From assembly GCA_032117435.1 (NCBI GenBank), contig JAULZJ010000048.1:1-34255 (forward strand): a DNA stretch of 34,255 nucleotides, given 5' to 3'. Below are positions 7,407 through 15,866 of the stretch, piece by piece. The notes under the pieces were generated by a model, which saw only the letters and a list, made by a program, of their open reading frames with translations, had not been told where the DNA came from and made no database searches. A program made the translations under genes and the position numbers. Each line of letters opens with the position of its first letter. The stretch's first letter is position 1. This DNA is from Candidatus Nanopelagicales bacterium. Its GTDB lineage: Bacteria > Actinomycetota > Actinomycetes > S36-B12.

Positions 7407-8366
7407 GTGACCGCCGAGGCGGTCGACCCGTACCCTCGGAGGGTGCCTTCGCTGACCTCACTTCCCCGCCGGCCTGCCCACGGCTCCCTGGTGTACCTCC
7501 ACGGTGTCGGCGGAGTTCGGGACGCATGGTGGCGCCCGGTCACGCGGACGCTGGGGACGCTCGACGTTGAACTCTCCGCACCCGCCTATGACGACCTGCT
7601 CACCGGCTCCGGTGCCGTCTATGCACGTCGAGAGGCGTGCGCGGTGATCAGCGTGACGGATGATGCGCGTCAGGCCTATCTCGCGCGGCAGCAGCAACTC
7701 GCGGATCTGGTGGAGGGAATCGGCGAATCGACGGCACTCGCGTGGCCCGCGAGTCTCCCGCATCCCGCCGACATAGCCGAGAGACTCCCGCTGACGCGCG
7801 TGCTACGTGCCCCAGTCTTCGGTCTCGACCAGGTTGGTCGCTACCTCGACGACACGTCCCGCAGGGCGGCGGTGCTCCATCGGGTGACATCAGCGGTGCT
7901 GCGCGCACCGCGACCGCGCGTGGTCGTCGCGCACTCGCTGGGATCGATCGTCGCGTGGGATCTGCTCACCGATCCGCGGATGGAGATCGACCTCCTCGTC
8001 ACCCTGGGTAGCCCGCTTGCCCAGTCGGCCGTGACGGTGGAGGAGATGCCGTTCCCCTATGGTCGCGTCGGGGCCTGGCTCAATGTCGTGCACCTGCTGG
8101 ATCCGGTCCCCGCGGGCCGAGGGCTCAGGGAATTCTTCCCCGCTGCCTGTGATGCCTTCCTGCCTCCCCTCAGCGGCGTGGGTTCACCGGCGAGTGGGAT
8201 GTCCCGGCTCGCTGCTGCTGTCGCGGGCGCGATGGCAGCGCATCTCGATTCGACGTACCTCGCCTCGAGCACGGTGCAGGCGGCGATCCGCGACGCGCTG
8301 CAGTCGCCGGTCGCCACCATCCCCGGGGGCGGATACGGCCCGCAGTTCATCGAGGTGGCGTCATGA
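7407..8366 (+). CDS. Alpha/beta-hydrolase (lipase/esterase-like) protein of unknown specificity
   Basis: The strand-then-turn segment GSLVYLHGVGG is followed by a nucleophile-elbow-like VVVAHSLGS. Candidate Asp (LLDPVP) and His (AAHLDS) follow in the canonical order. The start is uncertain: GTG 7407 or in-frame GTG 7443. The track start at 7164 is rejected. Confidence 0.6.
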   Translation: MTAEAVDPYPRRVPSLTSLPRRPAHGSLVYLHGVGGVRDAWWRPVTRTLGTLDVELSAPAYDDLLTGSGAVYARREACAVISVTDDARQAYLARQQQLADLVEGIGESTALAWPASLPHPADIAERLPLTRVLRAPVFGLDQVGRYLDDTSRRAAVLHRVTSAVLRAPRPRVVVAHSLGSIVAWDLLTDPRMEIDLLVTLGSPLAQSAVTVEEMPFPYGRVGAWLNVVHLLDPVPAGRGLREFFPAACDAFLPPLSGVGSPASGMSRLAAAVAGAMAAHLDSTYLASSTVQAAIRDALQSPVATIPGGGYGPQFIEVAS

Positions 8367-9403
8367 CAGCGTGGCGCACGTACGCCGACCCCCCGCAGTC
8401 GGATCCGGATCTCAGCCGCACCGAGAGGCGTGAGCATGCGCGGTCGCGCAGGGAGGCGATTCCCTTCGGCGCTGCGCTCGCGGGCCATGCCACGGGGTAC
8501 GCCGTATGGATGTGCGCTGATGCGCTCGATGCTGTCGAGGGTCCCCGCGGGGTCGTGATCGACGCTGCGCACGTCGACGATGCGCTCCCGGGCCCGTGGG
8601 AGGCCGATCTGCTCGCTCTCGCGCGACGGCGCGGCGCGACCGGAAGGGCGGCGGAGGCGCTCGCCGAGGGCTACCAGCACGCGATCGCGAGTGTGGCTGC
8701 TGAGCCCCTGCATGCGGCCAGGTCTGAGGCACTGCGGCAGTCCCATCGCCTCGCCGGCGGCGTGGACCCGTCCGCTGCCCAAGCGGTCAGCGCCGCTGTA
8801 CACCGCCTCGTGGCCGCCGGGGCCCGCCTGCGCCGCGACCGTGCGGCCGCTCGCTGGGCCTGTGACCTCGCGCCGGATGGTGATCTCGGGCCGGAACTCG
8901 CGCAGTACCGCGAGAGTCTGCCGGAGTCGACGTCACGCCTCCTGGCTCAATATCGCGTCGCGGACTCGCTCGCGGGTGCCGACGGCAGCCTCCTGGTCGT
9001 CATGGCACGTGGCAGCGATGGTGATGACGTGCTCCTGCTCGAGGCGAAGCCCGCGCAGCCGTCATCGCGTGAAGGAGAGTTCGGCGCTTGGCGGGAAGGG
9101 TCCGACGTGCAGCGAGTGCTGCTCGCGCGCGAAGCGGTGCCTCTCGTGCCAGCCGAGTTCGCGGGTTGGTCGACGAGCGCCGACGGCGCGATCGCTCGAG
9201 TGTGGTCGCGGGCCCGCGCGGCGAAGTCGGTGCCGGATTGGGGCGGCCGGCGCCGCAGTGCCCGACGACTCGGTGCTGCTCTGGGGCTGCTCCATGCGGC
9301 GAGTGGCGATGCCCCGACCCTCGCGGGCTATCTCGGCCACTCCCGCAAGTTCCCCGCGGCCCTGCGGGCGGCGATGCGCTCCGATGACATGCGCATCGAT
9401 TAG
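8363..9403 (+). CDS. Divergent, N-terminally short DUF2252-family protein
   Basis: ATGA start/stop overlap with the preceding hydrolase gene. VIDAAHVDDALPGPWEADLLALA resembles, from memory, the DUF2252 core (F-D-x-N-D-F-D-E-T-L-P-G-P-W-E-W-D-L-K-R-L-A). The later segments LLAQYRVAD, LLLEAKPA and LAGYLG also fit the family layout. Confidence 0.55.
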   Translation: MTAWRTYADPPQSDPDLSRTERREHARSRREAIPFGAALAGHATGYAVWMCADALDAVEGPRGVVIDAAHVDDALPGPWEADLLALARRRGATGRAAEALAEGYQHAIASVAAEPLHAARSEALRQSHRLAGGVDPSAAQAVSAAVHRLVAAGARLRRDRAAARWACDLAPDGDLGPELAQYRESLPESTSRLLAQYRVADSLAGADGSLLVVMARGSDGDDVLLLEAKPAQPSSREGEFGAWREGSDVQRVLLAREAVPLVPAEFAGWSTSADGAIARVWSRARAAKSVPDWGGRRRSARRLGAALGLLHAASGDAPTLAGYLGHSRKFPAALRAAMRSDDMRID

Positions 9404-10290
9404 TTGCGACTCAGCACGAAGGCGTCCATGCCCCACGCGATCGTGAGATGGGCCACGATGCCCGCGAGGATGGATCGCAGTCGCAGGGCCAGGTAGCCGA
9501 GGGCGAGTCCCCCGAGCAGGCTCGATGCCGCTTCCGGCAGGGGCTTGCCCAGGTGGAGCAGGGAGTAGGCGAAGGCCATGACGGGCACGGCGTGCACTCC
9601 CAGCACGGGCTGACCGGCGAAGACGAGGAACCCGCGGAAGAAGAACTCCAGGGCAACGAACGACGCACCGTACGCCGCTTCGAAGGCCAATAACGACCAG
9701 CCGTCGCCGGTGTAGAAGGGATAGGTGTCGAGGAAGCGCTGGTCCGCCGAGGCAAGCCAGACGAGCACCAGCGCGATGGGTGAGATGAGGGTCACGATGG
9801 CCGCCTCACTGCGGGCGAATCCCACCGACAGTCCGTAGCCGCGCAGGGACTGCCCTGAGCTTCGCGCGTAGACGACGGGCACCAGGACGTAGATCGCGAT
9901 GGTGCTCCCGGCCCACCAGAGGAGATTGGCGAGCGCGTCATCGAAAGGCTGGCGCTGGGAGACATAGAGCAGGGCCGCGGGGGTGACCCAGAGAGCGACG
10001 AGATATCCGAGTCCCGCCGGAGTGAGTGGGGCGTGGTGTCGACGCGCGAGTGCGATTCCGAACGCCGCGAGGGCGGGGATGGCGAAGATCGCGAGGCCCA
10101 CCGGCAGGCTATCCCTGCGCCACTGCTCGACGGGGAAGACCTCGTAGGCCAACCAGAGGCAGGTGAGCGAAGCGACCGAGAGGGTGGCCGTGACGGCGGC
10201 GGCGCGTGGGGTGTAGGCACGGCGTACCCACAGGGAGATGCCCAGGGCGCCGATGCCCGCGAGGACGATCACCTGCCACGACGCGAGCAC
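9400..10290 (-). CDS. CPBP-family intramembrane glutamic endopeptidase (CAAX protease/Abi-like)
   Basis: Polytopic membrane protein with ALEFFFRGF (the E-x-x-x-R type motif), AYSLLHLG (the F-x-x-x-H type motif) and GIVAHLTIAWGMD (the H-x-x-x-D/N type motif). Its TAA stop overlaps the TAG stop of the convergent DUF2252-like gene (TTAG at 9400-9403). Confidence 0.75.
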   Translation of the reverse strand: MLASWQVIVLAGIGALGISLWVRRAYTPRAAAVTATLSVASLTCLWLAYEVFPVEQWRRDSLPVGLAIFAIPALAAFGIALARRHHAPLTPAGLGYLVALWVTPAALLYVSQRQPFDDALANLLWWAGSTIAIYVLVPVVYARSSGQSLRGYGLSVGFARSEAAIVTLISPIALVLVWLASADQRFLDTYPFYTGDGWSLLAFEAAYGASFVALEFFFRGFLVFAGQPVLGVHAVPVMAFAYSLLHLGKPLPEAASSLLGGLALGYLALRLRSILAGIVAHLTIAWGMDAFVLSRN

Positions 10291-10318
10291 CGGTTCACCC
10301 TATGCGTTGCGACATGTC

Positions 10319-11371
10319 CTAGGTGGCAGTCGAGATTGGTGGTTCCGGCGGGGGAGGCGCGGCACCCCGGCTGCGCAGGTGGAAGCGGGACTCGTGCCGG
10401 CGACCGATCTGGAAGCCCTTGAGCTGCAGGAGCCACACCGACACGATGACGGCGAAAATGGGAAGGAGGGCGCCGAGCAGCACCCATGAGGCCGTCGACT
10501 GCGTGGAATTCACCAGCCATTGGAAGTTCATGCCGAAGTATCCGGTGATGAAGGTGATCGGCAGGAAGATGATGGAGACCAGGGTGAGCTGGTTGATGCG
10601 ATTGCCCTGAACCGCGCTCACCTGGCCCTGATAGTCCTGGATCGCGCTGCGGATGTCCGAGCCCGCGCTGTCGATGCGCTGCACGACGTCATTGACGCAT
10701 GCGGAGTACGTCTGCAGCGCCTGCACGCCCGCCGCGTCCACGCCGGGCATCGATCCGGTGCCCACGAGCGACTCGCTGAGATTCTCGGCATAGCCGGGGA
10801 TGGTGGTCGCGAGGGCTTCGATGGGCGAGCGCAGTTGCTGGAGTTGGGTCAGCTGGCCCGGATCGGCCGTGATGATGATCTGTCCATCCAGCAGCGCGAT
10901 GCGGGTCTGCAGGTCGGTGAGCTGGCGATCGATGCTGTCGAGGATGAGCTGCATGAGGATCCCGGGCACCGCGCCGGGATCCGCAAAGAGCTTCGATGCG
11001 CGCGGCTTGAGCTCGTCGAGGGCGGTGGCGATCGCCTGGTCGCCGCCGTTGCGGATGGTGATGAAGCAGCCGGCGTTCCACGCGCAGTGGATCAGCACAG
11101 GAGGAGCGTCCTCCTGGTCGGCGCAGGCGTAGGTGCTCCCGAGGGCATTGTCCCCGAAAGCCTGGAACATCCCGCCTGAGTAGGTGCGCGAGGTGTACGA
11201 CGCCACGACCTCGGTGAAGCCCATCGCGGTCAGCAGGCTCAGAACCTCGGGATCGCGGGCCGTGGAGGGCACGACGTCGATCCATGCGTAGGGCGTCGTA
11301 GCGGAGACGGCCTGGCTGTCCGCGGCGTCATAGGGGCGCAACGAAGTGCCGTCGAAGATCGTCGCCTTCAT
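10319..11371 (-). CDS. corA: CorA-family Mg2+/Co2+ transporter
   Basis: A soluble N-terminal domain is followed by two C-terminal TM helices carrying the signature GYFGMNF (GMN motif). The start lies 1 nt after the upstream esterase stop. Confidence 0.85.
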   Translation of the reverse strand: MKATIFDGTSLRPYDAADSQAVSATTPYAWIDVVPSTARDPEVLSLLTAMGFTEVVASYTSRTYSGGMFQAFGDNALGSTYACADQEDAPPVLIHCAWNAGCFITIRNGGDQAIATALDELKPRASKLFADPGAVPGILMQLILDSIDRQLTDLQTRIALLDGQIIITADPGQLTQLQQLRSPIEALATTIPGYAENLSESLVGTGSMPGVDAAGVQALQTYSACVNDVVQRIDSAGSDIRSAIQDYQGQVSAVQGNRINQLTLVSIIFLPITFITGYFGMNFQWLVNSTQSTASWVLLGALLPIFAVIVSVWLLQLKGFQIGRRHESRFHLRSRGAAPPPPEPPISTAT

Positions 11372-11372
11372 G

Positions 11373-12338
11373 TCACGAGTGGAGGGCGCGGCGGAATGCT
11401 GCGATCCGTGCCTGCCAGATGCGCTGGCTCAGCTCTGCCTGAGGCGCGAATACCTCGGACGCGTGATAAGCCCCCGGATACACGTGGAACTCCGTGGGTA
11501 CGCCGGCTTGCAGCAGTCGCTGCACGAAGACGATGTCCTCATCTCGGAAGAGATCCAGCTCGCCCACGTCGATGAACATCGGCGGGAGGCCGGAGAGATC
11601 ACTCGCGCGCGCGGGGGCGGCGTAGCCATCCGCAGGCATGCCGCCCAGGAACCATGCCCACGCCTCGATGTTGCCCGCGCGATCCCAGATGCCCACGTCG
11701 GTGATCTCGTGCGTCGACGGAAGTTCGTTGCGATCATCCAGCATGGGGTAGGGGGCCATGACGAAGGAGATCGCCGGGCCGGACGCGTCGCGAGCCTTCA
11801 TGGCGGTGGCGATCGCCAGGTTGCCCCCGGCGCTGCCGCCGTAGACCCCGAGGCGCTGCGGGTCGACGTCGAGTTCGCCGGTGTGCGCAGCCATCCACGT
11901 GAGCGCGGCGTAGCAGTCGTTGACCTGAGCGGGATGCGGATCCTCCGGAGCCTTGCGATACCCGGTCGACACGATCACGGCATTGATCTGCTCGCACAGC
12001 ATCGCCGCGGTGAGCTCATTGGCCTCGATGTCGCCGAGGATCATGCCCCCGCCGTGGATGTAGAGGATGCCCGGCAGCAGGACGCCCGTGGCGTCGGCGG
12101 GAGTGTAGATCCGTACCGGGATCTCGGGTGCACCCTCGAGACCTGGGATCACGCGATCCTCCGTCACGACCCGGTCGTTGGGCGGGACGTCCGCCATCTG
12201 CGCGGCCAGCAGCCCAGCGACCACGGCCCGCCTCTCGACGATGTCGGGGATCGCGTTGAAGCCCCCCGGGATGGCCGCCAGGAGCATGTCCAGGGGCTCG
12301 CGGGATGCAGGGTCCAGTCGATCGCGCTGGACGGACAT
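11373..12338 (-). CDS. Alpha/beta-hydrolase fold-3 (hormone-sensitive-lipase family) carboxylesterase
   Basis: Oxyanion motif HGGGMILG and nucleophile elbow GGSAGGNLA. I prefer ATG at 12338, which is preceded by GAGAGGAG with a 5-nt spacer, over the track start at 12362. Confidence 0.8.
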   Translation of the reverse strand: MSVQRDRLDPASREPLDMLLAAIPGGFNAIPDIVERRAVVAGLLAAQMADVPPNDRVVTEDRVIPGLEGAPEIPVRIYTPADATGVLLPGILYIHGGGMILGDIEANELTAAMLCEQINAVIVSTGYRKAPEDPHPAQVNDCYAALTWMAAHTGELDVDPQRLGVYGGSAGGNLAIATAMKARDASGPAISFVMAPYPMLDDRNELPSTHEITDVGIWDRAGNIEAWAWFLGGMPADGYAAPARASDLSGLPPMFIDVGELDLFRDEDIVFVQRLLQAGVPTEFHVYPGAYHASEVFAPQAELSQRIWQARIAAFRRALHS

Positions 12339-12408
12339 GGCAGCTCCTCTCGCAGTGGTCACGGACCGACAGGCACGCTATTGGGTCACGAGCACCCGTG
12401 TCCGGACT

Positions 12409-13710
12409 TCAGGCAACTGGTGCCTGTCCGTCCTCCGCCTGCGCTCGGCGCACGTATCGCGGGAAGACGGCGATCACGGGAATGAGCAGCAGCGAGATGC
12501 CAATGACGACGAACGCCGGGATGAGGAGACTGCCGGTCGAGCCGAGAAGGGCCTCCTCCAGGGCGGGCGTGAAGCTGCCGATGATCATGCCGATGCTGTA
12601 GGTCAGAGCGAGGCCGGTGTAGCGGATCTTCGTGGGCACGAGCTGTGTCATCTCGGTCGTGGTGGTCGAGTCGACGAAGGTCTGCAGGGTGGCGAGAACG
12701 ACGATGGCGAGGAGTACCCCCGCGATGGCACCGCTGTTGAGGAGCATGACCGACGGGATGCCCAGGACGACGTAGCCGATGACGGCGCCGATCATGAGCG
12801 GCCGGCGTCCGCGGCGATCTCCGAGCACTGCCACGGGCACGATCAGCGCGATGTAGATGACGGAGATAAGCGCCGACACGAGGTCTGCTCGGGCGTCGGA
12901 GATGCCGATGGCCGTCTCGAGATACGACGGCATCCACGAGATGAGCGTGTACACCGTGACACCGCTCCACGTGGCGAGCGCCAGCATGAGGAAGGTGGCC
13001 CCGGGATAGGCCCGGAGGAGGTAGCGGATGGGGGCACCGGTGTCGCCGGCCTGGGCGGCCTGCTCGAAGGACTCCGTCTCGCGCATCTTGCGCAGCATGA
13101 GCACCGCGACGACGGCGAGGACGAAGCCGACGGCGTAGGGGATGCGCCAGGTGCCCTCGGCGAGGGCGTCCTGTCCCCAGATGACGGTCGTGAAGAACAC
13201 GACGAGCGAAGCGAGCAGGTTGCCCCCCATGGCGGTCGCCAGGCCGAGGGAGACGCTGCGCCCGCGCCCGGACTGACCAGCGGACTCGCTGAGGGCGGTC
13301 AACGCGCCGGAGTACTCCCCGCCGACGGAGAAGCCCTGCATGAGGCGCATGAGGGTGAGCAGGATGGGGGCGAGGATCCCTATCTGGTCGTACGTCGGCA
13401 GGATCGTGGTGATGGCGAGCGGGATGAGCATGAGGGTCGTCGACAGCACGAGGGCGTACTTGCGCCCCTTGGTGTCCCCGAGGCGGCCGATGACGAGTCC
13501 GCCGATCGGGCGGGCGATGTAGCCGACGGCGAAGGTCGCGAAGGTGAGGATGAGCCCCACCGTGGCACTGTCAGTGGGGTAGAAGACCTGTTGGAGGGTC
13601 GTCGCCAGCAGGCCGTAGACCATGAAGTCGTACCACTCGATGACGACGCCGCTGGTGGTGAAGAGGCGGTTACGTCGACGCTCGCGCTCGGTGAGTCGCG
13701 TAGGGGCCAC
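12409..13710 (-). CDS. MFS transporter of the metabolite:H+ symporter (MHS, ProP/KgtP-like) family
   Basis: The N-terminal signature GVVIEWYDFMVYG precedes about 12 hydrophobic segments. I place the start at in-frame GTG 13710, because the longer track ORF (to 14049) would read through the tRNA gene. Confidence 0.8.
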   Translation of the reverse strand: MAPTRLTERERRRNRLFTTSGVVIEWYDFMVYGLLATTLQQVFYPTDSATVGLILTFATFAVGYIARPIGGLVIGRLGDTKGRKYALVLSTTLMLIPLAITTILPTYDQIGILAPILLTLMRLMQGFSVGGEYSGALTALSESAGQSGRGRSVSLGLATAMGGNLLASLVVFFTTVIWGQDALAEGTWRIPYAVGFVLAVVAVLMLRKMRETESFEQAAQAGDTGAPIRYLLRAYPGATFLMLALATWSGVTVYTLISWMPSYLETAIGISDARADLVSALISVIYIALIVPVAVLGDRRGRRPLMIGAVIGYVVLGIPSVMLLNSGAIAGVLLAIVVLATLQTFVDSTTTTEMTQLVPTKIRYTGLALTYSIGMIIGSFTPALEEALLGSTGSLLIPAFVVIGISLLLIPVIAVFPRYVRRAQAEDGQAPVA

Positions 13711-13744
13711 GTCGGGAGCATAGGCGCGACGATCTCGGGAAGGG

Positions 13745-13817
13745 CGCCCCCGGCAGGATTCGAACCTGCGACCTTCGGTACCGGAAACCGGCGCTCTATC
13801 CCCTGAGCTACGGGGGC
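13745..13817 (-). tRNA. tRNA-Arg (anticodon CCG)
   Basis: The minus strand reads GCCCCCG-TA-GCTC-AGGGGATA-GAGC-G-CCGGT-TTCCGGT-ACCGA-AGGTC-GCAGG-TTCGAAT-CCTGC-CGGGGGC-G. It has a perfect 7-bp acceptor stem and 5-bp T arm, a TTCGAAT loop, U33 and G37. One C.A mismatch sits at the top of the anticodon stem. CCA is not encoded. Confidence 0.9.
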
Positions 13818-13846
13818 TGGGGAGGGATCGAGGGTAACAGCCGGGC

Positions 13847-14149
13847 TTACGACGAGAACCAGCGCGGCGGCCCGGCGAGGAGAGCCGTCGCGAAGGAACC
13901 GAGCGCAGCACCGACGCCCATGGACGTGCCCGTGAGTACGAAGGGTGTGAAGAGCCACCCGACCACGAATGCGATGCTGCCGAAGACGAGTGCGGAGATG
14001 ACGGCGAAGGCGAATCGGCCGCCGGGCTTGCCGGATCCCGGCTGGGCAACCTCGGCGTTGGCCTTCTTGTCCGGCGTGGCTTTCTTGTCCGATGCGGCTG
14101 TCGAGGACTGGGAGACCTCGGCTAGCAGTTTCTCGATGTCGTCGCTCAT
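13847..14149 (-). CDS. Small membrane protein (two predicted TM helices), unknown function
   Basis: ATG is preceded by AGGA at a 7-nt spacing. A charged N-terminus (MSDDIEKLLAEV...KKATPDKKA) is followed by FAFAVISALVFGSIAFVVGWLF and SMGVGAALGSFATALLAG. Third codon positions are GC-rich. Confidence 0.6.
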   Translation of the reverse strand: MSDDIEKLLAEVSQSSTAASDKKATPDKKANAEVAQPGSGKPGGRFAFAVISALVFGSIAFVVGWLFTPFVLTGTSMGVGAALGSFATALLAGPPRWFSS

Positions 14150-14308
14150 GACACCATCCTGACCTGCCTGACCGGTGATGCGCCACCTAGGAGCGTGTAT
14201 ACGCCTTGCTGAGGTAGGCTCATGTGAGAAGCACTTCCACGGTTACTCGCACTTCTTCAGTCACGGGAAGGGAGTCCGCCTTGAGACTCCTCGACACCTG
14301 CAGACGCG

Positions 14309-15004
14309 GTGGCTAACCAGCGCTGGCGTGTCCTCACCGACGCGATCCAGCGAGTGGACCCTGAATTGGCGCCTGGTGAGCGGCTCTGCCTTGCGGGCGA
14401 GGATTTCCTGAGCGTGGACTCATTGAGCATCGCCACGGTCATCGACGAGGTGTATCGCCCGCTCGCGAGCTCGACTCCGTGGGGGGCCTTGCTCGACGAG
14501 GCGCAGTTTTCCGTCGGGGACGGACCCACCTTCCGCGCCCACGGTGGCGCGGTCCCGGTCTTGGCGGCCGATCTCCTCGGGCAGGTCGGTGCCGCGCAAT
14601 GGCCGCTCTTCGTCGGTGCGGCCGAAGGCGAGGGCGTGGCCGCGGCCTTCGCCTTCCCCCTGCGGATCGGCGCCGGCGCCCTGGGCGTACTCACGGGCTA
14701 CCGCGCAGCCCCCGGGGGCCTCGCGGACCAGGAGTTCGAGGACGGGCTCATCCTCGCGAGCCTCGCGGGGGCCGAGGTCGTGCGCGCTCTCGCCCTGGAT
14801 GTGCAGGGTGACGCCGAGGGACCCGATCTCGTCTCCTACGACCATTCGACCGTGCACTTCGCCACGGGGATGGTGGCCGAGCAGTTGAACATTGGCGTCG
14901 TGGAAGCACTCGTACGCCTGCGTGCGTATGCCTTCGCCTCCGGCCTATCTTTGACTGACGTGGCGAGGCTCATTGCCGATCGACAGGTCACCCTCGAGCC
15001 ATGA
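14309..15004 (+). CDS. GAF-like plus ANTAR domain RNA-binding regulator, paralog 1
   Basis: The C-terminal ANTAR-like segment is VHFATGMVAEQLNIGVVEALVRLRAYAFASGLSLTDVARLI. The N-terminal GAF-like region has GDGPTFRAHGGAVPVLAADL where the family usually has GEGPC. The GTG start is not well defined. Confidence 0.7.
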   Translation: MANQRWRVLTDAIQRVDPELAPGERLCLAGEDFLSVDSLSIATVIDEVYRPLASSTPWGALLDEAQFSVGDGPTFRAHGGAVPVLAADLLGQVGAAQWPLFVGAAEGEGVAAAFAFPLRIGAGALGVLTGYRAAPGGLADQEFEDGLILASLAGAEVVRALALDVQGDAEGPDLVSYDHSTVHFATGMVAEQLNIGVVEALVRLRAYAFASGLSLTDVARLIADRQVTLEP

Positions 15005-15020
15005 GGAGATTGGTGGAGTG

Positions 15021-15767
15021 ATGAAGGCCGATGAGATGACTCCGGGGGGGTCCAGTGCGACCGAGTTGGCGCGCACCTTCATGGAGATCACGAGTGCAAT
15101 CGCCAATGGCGAGGAGACTATCGATGTCTTCAGCCGCCTGACCCTCAAGTGCGTAGAACTCCTGCCCGTCTCGGCGGCCGGCATCCTCCTCCGCGATGCG
15201 GATGGCGTCCTGCGCGTGATCGGGGCGTCGAATCCCTCGGCCCACCTTCTCGACCTGTTCCAGGTGCAGAACGAAGAGGGTCCCTGCCTCGAGTGCCTGG
15301 CGACGGGTGAGCCCATCGCGGATACGGATCTGGACTCAGCCGGGAGGTGGCCGAGATTCGCCGCGCTCGCCCGAGCCCACGACTTCTCGGCGGTGTACGC
15401 CCTGCCCCTGCATTCGCATCAGGTCGCCGTCGGCGCACTCAACCTCTTCGCGCACACGACCCTGAGTGATGACCGGCTCTTGGTCGCCCAGTCCCTGGCG
15501 GATACCGCCACGCTATCGCTTCTGCATGTGGACGCGCGGATGGATGGGAGCCTGGTCGTGCAGCGGATTCGCATGGCGGTGGAGGCGCGCAATACGCTCG
15601 ATCAAGCCAGGGGAATGCTGGCCCAGCGATTCACGATCGACGGCGATGCTGCCCTGGTGCGCCTCCAGGAGGTCGCGCGGGAGACGGGGCTATCGCTCAG
15701 GGAAGTGGCGACCGCCGTGGTCCTGCGGGATACGGAGTCCCCGACCTTCATCTACCTCGCGGAATGA
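15021..15767 (+). CDS. GAF plus ANTAR domain RNA-binding regulator, paralog 2
   Basis: ATG 15021 lies 16 nt after the paralog 1 stop, with GGAG-rich sequence upstream. The GAF core NEEGPCLECLATGEPIADTDL and the ANTAR segment TLDQARGMLAQRFTIDGDAALVRLQEVARETGLSLREVATAVV are present. Confidence 0.8.
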   Translation: MKADEMTPGGSSATELARTFMEITSAIANGEETIDVFSRLTLKCVELLPVSAAGILLRDADGVLRVIGASNPSAHLLDLFQVQNEEGPCLECLATGEPIADTDLDSAGRWPRFAALARAHDFSAVYALPLHSHQVAVGALNLFAHTTLSDDRLLVAQSLADTATLSLLHVDARMDGSLVVQRIRMAVEARNTLDQARGMLAQRFTIDGDAALVRLQEVARETGLSLREVATAVVLRDTESPTFIYLAE

Positions 15768-15817
15768 AGCGGTCCTGCCCGCAACTTGCCCGATGTGCAA
15801 ATTCGCCCGAAACCTAA

Positions 15818-15849
15818 GTGAGGCCCGCCCCCTGAGGGACGGGCCTCAC
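15818..15849. terminator. Hairpin shared by the convergent ANTAR gene (+) and cspA (-)
   Basis: GTGAGGCCCG-12 nt-CGGGCCTCAC is a 10-bp stem. The minus-strand side is followed by UUAGGUUU and the plus-strand side by AUGCGAAAA. Confidence 0.65.
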
Positions 15850-15866
15850 ATGCGAAAACGATCGCG

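Noticed and set aside
12178-13806. 542-aa plus-strand ORF, extremely Gly/Asp/Glu/Arg-rich, antisense to the MFS transporter and overlapping the tRNA
   Set aside because: It mirrors the hydrophobic-codon pattern of a membrane protein on the other strand, and it reads through the tRNA-Arg gene.
9400-13817. A tRNA-Arg-associated genomic island
   Set aside because: I saw no integrase or recombinase gene. I found no direct repeat of the tRNA 3' half elsewhere in the window, and no clear compositional break. The block is treated only as compact accessory content.
13711-14049. N-terminal extension of the MFS ORF up to 14049
   Set aside because: The extension would be translated across the tRNA-Arg gene (13745-13817) and across the small membrane-protein gene. 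The MHS signature begins right after in-frame GTG 13710.
14150-14308. Possible ANTAR target or operator hairpins upstream of the GAF-ANTAR genes (GCGTGTATACGC palindrome; GGAGTC-8 nt-GACTCC)
   Set aside because: Neither forms the tandem hexaloop hairpin pair expected for ANTAR targets. Single short hairpins are too common in GC-rich DNA to call.
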